From: Lingula anatina | Lineage: Eukaryota; Animalia; Brachiopoda | Length of the DNA stretch: 64,000 nt | Assembly (NCBI GenBank): GCA_051362555.1 | Contig: CM120640.1 | Span: 38,230,288-38,294,287, forward strand | Direction of reading: 5' to 3' | Shown here: in pieces, positions 49,801 through 61,800 of the stretch | Numbering within the stretch: position 1 is the first letter of the stretch | Layout of the letters: every line of letters begins with the position of its first letter | The notes under the pieces: generated by a model | What the model was told of the DNA's origin: nothing | Seen by the model: only the letters and a program-made list of their open reading frames with translations | The model's database searches: none | Made by a program: the position numbers and the translations under genes

Positions 49801-52800
49801 TTGGATCATCTTTAAAGCTAGAATTGGGGGCCTTGATGAAGTGACCCGGGCGCGTTTCCACATTTTTTATGAATGACAGGTGTGGTAGATTGATTTTCGT
49901 CACTTTTTGGAAAAATCTGAGACGGGTCAATTTTTGGTGATTTTGAGTGATTTTGATCAGTGCCGGCACTGTGAGATTTCTTCAATTTTGGCCAGGTAGG
50001 GATGAAAAATTTTTTTCTTCGTTATAGTGTCAGGTAGGTGTGTTCGGTCATTTGTAGTAAGAATAAAGTGCTGGAAGAGTGGTGGTGTCATCATTAAGGA
50101 AGAAATAGAGCAAAAACTGTGTCTCCCCCCCCCCCTCTCAGATTCTGTTCTCAGAGCTCATTTTTGGATCATTTTTAAAGCTAGAATTGGGGGCCTTGAT
50201 GAAGTGACCCGGGCGCGTTTCCACATTTTTTATGAATGACAGGTGTGGTAGATTGATTTTCGTCACTTTTTGGAAAAATCTGAGACGGGTCGATTTTTGG
50301 TGATTTTGAGTGATTTTGATCAGTGCCGGCACTGTGAGATTTCTTCAATTTTGACCAGGTAGGGATGAAAAATTTTTTTCTTCGTTATAGTGTCAGGTAG
50401 GTGTGTTCGGTCATTTGTAGTAAGAATAAAGTGCTGGAAGAGTGGTGATGTCATCATTAAGGAAGAAATAGAGCAAAAACTGTGTCTCCCCCCCCCCCCC
50501 CCCTCTCAGATTCTCTTCTCAGAGCTCATTTTTGGATCATCTTTAAAGCTAGAATTGGGGGCCTTGATGAAGTGACCCGGGCGCGTTTCCACATTTTTTA
50601 TGAATGACAGGTGTGGTAGATTGATTTTCGTCACTTTTTACAAAAATCTGAGACGGGTCGATTTTTGGTGATTTTGAGTGATTTTGATCAGTGCCGGCAC
50701 TGTGAGATTTCTTCAATTTTGGCCAGGTAGGGATGAAAAATTTTTTTCTTCGTTATAGTGTCAGGTAGGTGTGTTCGGTCATTTGTAGTAAGAATAAAGT
50801 GCTGGAAGAGTGGTGGTGTCATCATTAAGGAAGAAATAGAGCAAAAACTGTGTCTCCCCCCCCCTCTCAGATTCTGTTCTCAGAGCTCATTTTTGGATCA
50901 TCTTTAAAGCTAGAATTGGGGGCCTTGATGAAGTGACCCGGGCGCGTTTCCACATTTTTTATGAATGACAGGTGTGGTAGATTGATTTTCGTCACTTTTT
51001 GGAAAAATCTGAGACGGGTCGATTTTTGGTGATTTTGAGTGATTTTGATCAGTGCCGGCACTGTGAGATTTCTTCAATTTTGGCCAGGTAGGGATGAAAA
51101 ATTTTTTTCTTCGTTATAGTGTCAGGTAGGTGTGTTCGGTCATTTGTAGTAAGAATAAAGTGCTGGAAGAGTGGTGGTGTCATCATTAAGGAAGAAATAG
51201 AGCAAAAACTGTGTCTCCCCCCCCCCCCTCTCAGATTCTGTTCTCAGAGCTCATTTTTGGATCATCTTTAAAGCTAGAATTGGGAGCCTTGATGAAGTGA
51301 CCCGGGCGCGTTTCCACATTTTTTATGAATGACAGGTGTGGTAGATTGATTTTCGTCACTTTTTGGAAAAATCTGAGACGGGTCGATTTTTGGTGATTTT
51401 GAGTGATTTTGATCAGTGCCGGCACTGTGAGATTTCTTCAATTTTGGCCAGGTAGGGATGAAAAATTTTTTTCTTCGTTATAGTGTCAGGTAGGTGTGTT
51501 CGGTCATTTGTAGTAAGAATAAAGTGCTGGAAGAGTGGTGGTGTCATCATTAATTAAGAAATAGAGCAAAAACTGTGTCTCCCCCCCCCCTCTCAGATTC
51601 TGTTCTCAGAGCTCATTGTTGGATCATCTTTAAAGCTAGAATTGGGGGCCTTGATGAAGTGACCCGGGCGCGTTTCCACATTTTTTATGAATGATAGGTG
51701 TGGTAGATTGATTTTCGTCACTTTTTGGAAAAATCTGAGACGAGTCGATTTTTGGTGATTTTGAGTGATTTTGATCAGTGCCGGCACTGTGAGATTTCTT
51801 CAATTTTGGCCAGGTAGGGATGAAAAATTTTTTTCTTCGTTATAGTGTCAGGTAGGTGTGTTCGGTCATTTGTAGTAAGAATAAAGTGCTGGAAGAGTGG
51901 TGGTGTCATCATTAAGGAAGAAATAGAGCAAAAACTGTGTCTCCCCCCCCCCCTCTCAGATTCTCTTCTCAGAGCTCATTTTTGGATCATCTTTAAAGCT
52001 AGAATTGGGGGCCTTGATGAAGTGACCCGGGCGCGTTTCCACATTTTTTATGAATGACAGGTGTGGTAGATTGATTTTCGTCACTTTTTGGAAAAATCTG
52101 AGACGGGTCGATTTTTGGTGATTTTGAGTGATTTTGATCAGTGCCGGCACTGTGAGATTTCTTCAATTTTGGCCAGGTAGGGATGAAAAATTTTTTTCTT
52201 CGTTATAGTGTCAGGTAGGTGTGTTCGGTCATTTGTAGTAAGAATAAAGTGCTGGAAGAGTGGTGGTGTAATCATTAAGGAAGAAATAGAGCAAAAACTG
52301 TGTCTCCCCCCCCCTCTCAGATTCTGTTCTCAGAGCTCATTTTTGGATCATCTTTAAAGCTAGAATTGGGGGCCTTGATGAAGTGACCCGGGCGCGTTTC
52401 CACATTTTTTATGAATGACAGGTGTGGTAGATTGATTTTCGTCACTTTTTGGAAAAATCTGAGACGGGTCGATTTTTGGTGATTTTGAGTGATTTTGATC
52501 AGTGCCGGCACTGTGAGATTTCTTCAATTTTGGCCAGGTAGGGATGAAAAATTTTTTTCTTCGTTATAGTGTCAGGTAGGTGTGTTCGGTCATTTGTAGT
52601 AAGAATAAAGTGCTGGAAGAGTGGTGGTGTCATCATTAAGGAAGAAATAGAGCAAAAACTGTGTCTCCCCCCCCCCCCCCCCCCTCTCAGATTCTCTTCT
52701 CAGAGCTCATTTTTGGATCATCTTTAAAGCTAGAATTGGGAGCCTTGATGAAGTGACCCGGGCGCGTTTCCACATTTTTTATGAATGACAGGTGTGGTAG

Positions 52801-55800
52801 ATTGATTTTCGTCACTTTTTGGAAAAATCTGAGACGGGTCGATTTTTGGTGATTTTGAGTGATTTTGATCAGTGCCGGCACTGTGAGATTTCTTCAATTT
52901 TGGCCAGGTAGGGATGAAAAATTTTTTTCTTCGTTATAGTGTCAGGTAGGTGTGTTCGGTCATTTGTAGTAAGAATAAAGTGCTGGAAGAGTGGTGGTGT
53001 CATCATTAAGGAAGAAATAGAGCAAAAAACTGTGTCTCCCCCCCCCCCCCCCTCTCAGATTCTGTTCTCAGAGCTCATTTTTGGATCATCTTTAAAGCTA
53101 GAATTGGGGGCCTTGATGAAGTGACCCGGGCGCGTTTCCACATTTTTTATGAATGACAGGTGTGGTAGATTGATTTTCGTCACTTTTTGGAAAAATCTGA
53201 GACGGGTCGATTTTTGGTGATTTTGAGTGATTTTGATCAGTGCCGGCACTGTGAGATTTCTTCAATTTTGGCCAGGTAGGGATGAAAAATTTTTTTCTTC
53301 GTTATAGTGTCAGGTAGGTGTGTTCGGTCATTTGTAGTAAGAATAAAGTGCTGGAAGAGTGGTGGTGTCATCATTAATTAAGAAATAGAGCAAAAACTGT
53401 GTCTCCCCCCCCCCTCTCAGATTCTGTTCTCAGAGCTCATTGTTGGATCATCTTTAAAGCTAGAATTGGGGGCCTTGATGAAGTGACCCGGGCGCGTTTC
53501 CACATTTTTTATGAATGACAGGTGTGGTAGATTGATTTTCGTCACTTTTTGGAAAAATCTGAGACGGGTCGATTTTTGGTGATTTTGAGTGATTTTGATC
53601 AGTGCCGGCACTGTGAGATTTCTTCAATTTTGGCCAGGTAGGGATGAAAAATTTTTTTCTTCGTTATAGTGTCAGGTAGGTGTGTTCGGTCATTTGTAGT
53701 AAGAATAAAGTGCTGGAAGAGTGGTGGTGTCATCATTAAGGAAGAAATAGAGCAAAAACTGTGTCTCCCCCCCCCCTCTCAGATTCTCTTCTCAGAGCTC
53801 ATTTTTGGATCATCTTTAAAGCTAGAATTGGGGGCCTTGATGAAGTGACCCGGGCGCGTTTCCACATTTTTTATGAATGACAGGTGTGGTAGATTGATTT
53901 TCGTCACTTTTTGGAAAAATCTGAGACGGGTCGATTTTTGGTGATTTTGAGTGATTTTGATCAGTGCCGGCACTGTGAGATTTCTTCAATTTTGGCCAGG
54001 TAGGGATGAAAAATTTTTTTCTTCGTTATAGTGTCAGGTAGGTGTGTTCGGTCATTTGTAGTAAGAATAAAGTGCTGGAAGAGTGGTGGTGTCATCATTA
54101 ATTAAGAAATAGAGCAAAAACTGTGTCTCCCCCCCCCCCTCTCAGATTCTGTTCTTAGAGCTCATTGTTGGATCATCTTTAAAGCTAGAATTGGGGGCCT
54201 TGATGAAGTGACCCGGGCGCGTTTCCACATTTTTTATGAATGACAGGTGTGGTAGATTGATTTTCGTCACTTTTTGGAAAAATCTGAGACGAGTCGATTT
54301 TTGGTGATTTTGAGTGATTTTGATCAGTGCCGGCACTGTGAGATTTCTTCAATTTTGGCCAGGTAGGGATGAAAAATTTTTTTCTTCGTTATAGTGTCAG
54401 GTAGGTGTGTTCGGTCATTTGTAGTAAGAATAAAGTGCTGGAAGAGTGGTGGTGTCATCATTAAGGAAGAAATAGAGCAAAAACTGTGTCTCCCCCCCCC
54501 CCCTCTCAGATTCTCTTCTCAGAGCTCATTTTTGGATCATCTTTAAAGCTAGAATTGGGGGCCTTGATGAAGTGACCCGGGCGCGTTTCCACATTTTTTA
54601 TGAATGACAGGTGTGGTAGATTGATTTTCGTCACTTTTTGGAAAAATCTGAGACGGGTCGATTTTTGGTGATTTTGAGTGATTTTGATCAGTGCCGGCAC
54701 TGTGAGATTTCTTCAATTTTGGCCAGGTAGGGATGAAAAATTTTTTTCTTCGTTATAGTGTCAGGTAGGTGTGTTCGGTCATTTGTAGTAAGAATAAAGT
54801 GCTGGAAGAGTGGTGGTGTAATCATTAAGGAAGAAATAGAGCAAAAACTGTGTCTCCCCCCCCCTCTCAGATTCTGTTCTCAGAGCTCATTTTTGGATCA
54901 TCTTTAAAGCTAGAATTGGGGGCCTTGATGAAGTGACCCGGGTGCGTTTCCACATTTTTTATGAATGACAGGTGTGGTAGATTGATTTTCGTCACTTTTT
55001 GGAAAAATCTGAGACGGGTCGATTTTTGGTGATTTTGAGTGATTTTGATCAGTGCCGGCACTGTGAGATTTCTTCAATTTTGGCCAGGTAGGGATGAAAA
55101 ATTTTTTTCTTCGTTATAGTGTCAGGTAGGTGTGTTCGGTCATTTGTAGTAAGAATAAAGTGCTGGAAGAGTGGTGGTGTCATCATTAAGGAAGAAATAG
55201 AGCAAAAACTGTGTCTCCCCCCCCCCCCCCCCTCTCAGATTCTGTTCTCAGAGCTCATTTTTGGATCATCTTTAAAGCTAGAATTGGGAGCCTTGATGAA
55301 GTGACCCGGGCGCGTTTCCACATTTTTTATGAATGACAGGTGTGGTAGATTGATTTTCGTCACTTTTTGGAAAAATCTGAGACGGGTCGATTTTTGGTGA
55401 TTTTGAGTGATTTTGATCAGTGCCGGCACTGTGAGATTTCTTCAATTTTGGCCAGGTAGGGATGAAAAATTTTTTTCTTCGTTATAGTGTCAGGTAGGTG
55501 TGTTCGGTCATTTGTAGTAAGAATAAAGTGCTGGAAGAGTGGTGGTGTCATCATTAATTAAGAAATAGAGCAAAAACTGTGTCTCCCCCCCCCCCTCTCA
55601 GATTCTGTTCTCAGAGCTCATTGTTGGATCATCTTTAAAGCTAGAATTGGGGGCCTTGATGAAGTGACCCGGGCGCGTTTCCACATTTTTTATGAATGAC
55701 AGGTGTGGTAGATTGATTTTCGTCACTTTTTGGAAAAATCTGAGACGGGTCGATTTTTGGTGATTTTGAGTGATTTTGATCAGTGCCGGCACTGTGAGAT

Positions 55801-58800
55801 TTCTTCAATTTTGGCCAGGTAGGGATGAAAAATTTTTTTCTTCGTTATAGTGTCAGGTAGGTGTGTTCGGTCATTTGTAGTAAGAATAAAGTGCTGGAAG
55901 AGTGGTGGTGTCATCATTAAGGAAGAAATAGAGCAAAAACTGTGTCTCCCCCCCCCCCCCTCTCAGATTCTGTTCTCAGAGCTCATTTTTGGATCATCTT
56001 TAAAGCTAGAATTGGGAGCCTTGATGAAGTGACCCGGGCGCGTTTCCACATTTTTTATGAATGACAGGTGTGGTAGATTGATTTTCGTCACTTTTTGGAA
56101 AAATCTGAGACGGGTCGATTTTTGGTGATTTTGAGTGATTTTGATCATTGCCGGCACTGTGAGATTTCTTCAATTTTGGCCAGGTAGGGATGAAAATTTT
56201 TTTCTTCGTTATAGTGTCAGGTAGGTGTGTTCGGTCATTTGTAGTAAGAATAAAGTGCTGGAAGAGTGGTGGTGTCATCATTAATTAAGAAATAGAGCAA
56301 AAACTGTGTCTCCCCCCCCCCCCTCTCAGATTCTGTTCTCAGAGCTCATTGTTGGATCATCTTTAAAGCTAGAATTGGGGGCCTTGATGAAGTGACCCGG
56401 GCGCGTTTCCACATTTTTTATGAATGACAGGTGTGGTAGATTGATTTTCGTCACTTTTTGGAAAAATCTGAGACGGGTCGATTTTTGGTGATTTTGAGTG
56501 ATTTTGATCAGTGCCGGCACTGTGAGATTTCTTCAATTTTGGCCAGGTAGGGATGAAAAATTTTTTTCTTCGTTATAGTGTCAGGTAGGTGTGTTCGGTC
56601 ATTTGTAGTAAGAATAAAGTGCTGGAAGAGTGGTGGTGTCATCATTAAGGAAGAAATAGAGCAAAAACTGTGTCTCCCCCCCCCTCTCAGATTCTCTTCT
56701 CAGAGCTCATTTTTGGATCATCTTTAAAGCTAGAATTGGGGGCCTTGATGAAGTGACCCGGGCGCGTTTCCACATTTTTTATGAATGACAGGTGTGGTAG
56801 ATTGATTTTCGTCACTTTTTGGAAAAATCTGAGACGGGTCGATTTTTGGTGATTTTGAGTGATTTTGATCAGTGCCGGCACTGTGAGATTTCTTCAATTT
56901 TGGCCAGGTAGGGATGAAAAATTTTTTTCTTCGTTATAGTGTCAGGTAGGTGTGTTCGGTCATTTGTAGTAAGAATAAAGTGCTGGAAGAGTGGTGGTGT
57001 CATCATTAAGGAAGAAATAGAGCAAAAAACTGTGTCTCCCCCCCCCCCCCCCTCTCAGATTCTGTTCTCAGAGCTCATTTTTGGATCATCTTTAAAGCTA
57101 GAATTGGGGGCCTTGATGAAGTGACCCGGGCGCGTTTCCACATTTTTTATGAATGACAGGTGTGGTAGATTGATTTTCGTCACTTTTTGGAAAAATCTGA
57201 GACGGGTCGATTTTTGGTGATTTTGAGTGATTTTGATCAGTGCCGGCACTGTGAGATTTCTTCAATTTTGGCCAGGTAGGGATGAAAAATTTTTTTCTTC
57301 GTTATAGTGTCAGGTAGGTGTGTTCGGTCATTTGTAGTAAGAATAAAGTGCTGGAAGAGTGGTGGTGTCATCATTAATTAAGAAATAGAGCAAAAACTGT
57401 GTCTCCCCCCCCCCCTCTCAGATTCTGTTCTCAGAGCTCATTGTTGGATCATCTTTAAAGCTAGAATTGGGGGCCTTGATGAAGTGACCCGGGCGCGTTT
57501 CCACATTTTTTATGAATGACAGGTGTGGTAGATTGATTTTCGTCACTTTTTGGAAAAATCTGAGACGGGTCGATTTTTGGTGATTTTGAGTGATTTTGAT
57601 CAGTGCCGGCACTGTGAGATTTCTTCAATTTTGGCCAGGTAGGGATGAAAAATTTTTTTCTTCGTTATAGTGTCAGGTAGGTGTGTTCGGTCATTTGTAG
57701 TAAGAATAAAGTGCTGGAAGAGTGGTGGTGTCATCATTAAGGAAGAAATAGAGCAAAAACTGTGTCTCCCCCCCCCCTCTCAGATTCTCTTCTCAGAGCT
57801 CATTTTTGGATCATCTTTAAAGCTAGAATTGGGGGCCTTGATGAAGTGACCCGGGCGCGTTTCCACATTTTTTATGAATGACAGGTGTGGTAGATTGATT
57901 TTCGTCACTTTTTGGAAAAATCTGAGACGGGTCGATTTTTGGTGATTTTGAGTGATTTTGATCAGTGCCGGCACTGTGAGATTTCTTCAATTTTGGCCAG
58001 GTAGGGATGAAAAATTTTTTTCTTCGTTATAGTGTCAGGTAGGTGTGTTCGGTCATTTGTAGTAAGAATAAAGTGCTGGAAGAGTGGTGGTGTCATCATT
58101 AAGGAAGAAATAGAGCAAAAACTGTGTCTCCCCCCCCCCCCCTCTCAGATTCTGTTCTCAGAGCTCATTTTTGGATCATCTTTAAAGCTAGAATTGGGGG
58201 CCTTGATGAAGTGACCCGGGCGCGTTTCCACATTTTTTATGAATGACAGGTGTGGTAGATTGATTTTCGTCACTTTTTGGAAAAATCGGGGACGGGTCGA
58301 TTTTTGGTGATTTTGAGTGATTTTGATCAGTGCCGGCACTGTGAGATTTCTTCAATTTTGGCCAGGTAGGGATGAAAAATTTTTTTCTTCGTTATAGTGT
58401 CAGGTAGGTGTGTTCGGTCATTTGTAGTAAGAATAAAGTGCTGGAAGAGTGGTGGTGTCATCATTAAGGAAGAAATAGAGCAAAAACTGTGTCTCCCCCC
58501 CCCCCCCCCCTCTCAGATTCTGTTCTCAGAGCTCATTTTTGGATCATCTTTAAAGCTAGAATTGGGGGCCTTGATGAAGTGACCCGGGCGCGTTTCCACA
58601 TTTTTTATGAATGACAGGTGTGGTAGATTGATTTTCGTCACTTTTTGGAAAAATCTGAGACGGGTCGATTTTTGGTGATTTTGAGTGATTTTGATCAGTG
58701 CCGGCACTGTGAGATTTCTTCAATTTTGGCCAGGTAGGGATGAAAAATTTTTTTCTTCGTTATAGTGTCAGGTAGGTGTGTTCGGTCATTTGTAGTAAGA

Positions 58801-61800
58801 ATAAAGTGCTGGAAGAGTGGTGGTGTCATCATTAAGGAAGAAATAGAGCAAAAACTGTGTCTCCCCCCCCCCTCTCAGATTCTGTTCTCAGAGCTCATTT
58901 TTGGATCATCTTTAAAGCTAGAATTGGGGGCCTTGATGAAGTGACCCGGGCGCGTTTCCACATTTTTTATGAATGACAGGTGTGGTAGATTGATTTTTGT
59001 CACTTTTTGGAAAAATCTGAGACGGGTCGATTTTTGGTGATTTTGAGTGATTTTGATCAGTGCCGGCACTGTGAGATTTCTTCAATTTTGGCCAGGTAGG
59101 GATGAAAAATTTTTTTCTTCGTTATAGTGTCAGGTAGGTGTGTTCGGTCATTTGTAGTAAGAATAAAGTGCTGGAAGAGTGGTGGTGTCATCATTAAGGA
59201 AGAAATAGAGCAAAAACTGTGTCTCCCCCCCCCCCTCTCAGATTCTGTTCTCAGAGCTCATTTTTGGATCATCTTTAAAGCTAGAATTGGGGGCCTTGAT
59301 GAAGTGACCCGGGCGCGTTTCCACATTTTTTATGAATGACAGGTGTGGTAGATTGATTTTCGTCACTTTTTGGAAAAATCTGAGACGGGTCGATTTTTGG
59401 TGATTTTGAGTGATTTTGATCAGTGCCGGCACTGTGAGATTTCTTCAATTTTGGCCAGGTAGGGATGAAAAATTTTTTTCTTCGTTATAGTGTCAGGTAG
59501 GTGTGTTCGGTCATTTGTAGTAAGAATAAAGTGCTGGAAGAGTGGTGGTGTCATCATTAAGGAAGAAATAGAGCAAAAACTGTGTCTCCCCCCCCCCCCT
59601 CTCAGATTCTGTTCTCAGAGCTCATTTTTGGATCATCTTTAAAGCTAGAATTGGGGGCCTTGATGAAGTGACCCGGGCGCGTTTCCACATTTTTTATGAA
59701 TGACAGGTGTGGTAGATTGATTTTCGTCACTTTTTGGAAAAATCTGAGACGGGTCGATTTTTGGGTGATTTTGAGTGATTTTGATCAGTGCCGGCACTGT
59801 GAGATTTCTTCAATTTTGGCCAGGTAGGGATGAAAAATTTTTTCTTCGTTATAGTGTCAGGTAGGTGTGTTCGGTCATTTGTAGTAAGAATAAAGTGCTG
59901 GAAGAGTGGTGGTGTCATCATTAAGGAAGAAATAGAGCAAAAACTGTGTCTCCCCCCCCCCCTCTCAGATTCTGTTCTCAGAGCTCATTTATGGATCATC
60001 TTTAAAGCTAGAATTGGGGGCCTTGATGAAGTGACCCGGGCGCGTTTCCACATTTTTTATGAATGACAGGTGTGGTAGATTGATTTTCGTCACTTTTTGG
60101 AAAAATCTGAGACGGGTCGATTTTTGGTGATTTTGAGTGATTTTGATCAGTGCCGGCACTGTGAGATTTCTTCAATTTTGGCCAGGTAGGGATGAAAAAT
60201 TTTTTCTTCGTTATAGTGTCAGGTAGGTGTGTTCGGTCATTTGTAGTAAGAATAAAGTGCTGGAAGAGTGGTGGTGTCATCATTAAGGAAGAAATAGAGC
60301 AAAAACTGTGTCTCCCCCCCCCCCTCTCAGATTCTGTTCTCAGAGCTCATTTTTGGATCATCTTTAAAGCTAGAATTGGGGGCCTTGATGAAGTGACCCG
60401 GGCGCGTTTCCACATTTTTTATGAATGACAGGTGTGGTAGATTGATTTTCGTCACTTTTTGGAAAAATCTGAGACGGGTCGATTTTTGGTGATTTTGAGT
60501 GATTTTGATCAGTGCCGGCACTGTGAGATTTCTTCAATTTTGGCCAGGTAGGGATGAAAAATTTTTTTTCTTCGTTATAGTGTCAGGTAGGTGTGTTCGG
60601 TCATTTGTAGTAAGAATAAAGTGCTGGAAGAGTGGTGGTGTCATCATTAAGGAAGAAATAGAGCAAAAAACTGTGTCTCCCCCCCCCCCCCCCCTCTCAG
60701 ATTCTGTTCTCAGAGCTCATTTTTGGATCATCTTTAAAGCTAGAATTGGGGGCCTTGATGAAGTGACCCGGCGCGCGCGTTTCCACATTTTTTATGAATG
60801 ACAGGTGTGGTAGATTGATTTTCGTCACTTTTTGGAAAAATCTGAGACGGGTCGATTTTTGGTGATTTTGAGTGATTTTGATCAGTGCCCGCACTGTGAG
60901 ATTTCTTCAATTTTGGCCAGGTAGGGATGAAAAATTTTTTTCTTCGTTATAGTGTCAGGTAGGTGTGTTCGGTCATTTGTAGTAAGAATAAAGTGCTGGA
61001 AGAGTGGTGGTGTCATCATTAAGGAAGAAATAGAGCAAAAACTGTGTCTCCCCCCCCCCCTCTCAGATTCTGTTCTCAGAGCTCATTGTTGGATCATCTT
61101 TAAAGCTAGAATTGGGGGCCTTGATGAAGTGACCCGGGCGCGTTTCCACATTTTTTATGAATGACAGGTGTGGTAGATTGATTTTCGTCACTTTTTGGAA
61201 AAATCTGAGACGGGTCGATTTTTGGTGATTTTTGAGTGATTTTGATCAGTGCCGGCACTGTGAGATTTCTTCAATTTTGGCCAGGTAGGGATGAAAAATT
61301 TTTTTCTTCGTTATAGTGTCAGGTAGGTGTGTTCGGTCATTTGTAGTAAGAATAAAGTGCTGGAAGAGTGGTGGTGTCATCATTAAGGAAGAAATAGAGC
61401 AAAAACTGTGTCTCCCCCCCCCCCCCCCCATCTCAGATTATGTTCTCAGAGCTCATTTTTGGATCATCTTTAAAGCTACGAATTGGGGGCCTTGATGAAG
61501 TGACCCGGGCGCGTTTCCACATTTTTTATGAATGACAGGTGTGGTAGATTGATTTTCGTCACTTTTTGGAAAAATCTGAGACGGGTCGATTTTTGGTGAT
61601 TTTGAGTGATTTTGATCAGTGCCGGCACTGTGAGATTTCTTCAATTTTGGCCAGGTAGGGATGAAAAATTTTTTTCTTCGTTATAGTGTCAGGTAGGTGT
61701 GTTTCGGTCATTTGTAGTAAGAATAAAGTGCTGGAAGAGTGGTGGTGTCATCATTAAGGAAGAAATAGAGCAAAAACTGTGTCTCCCCCCACCCTCTCAG

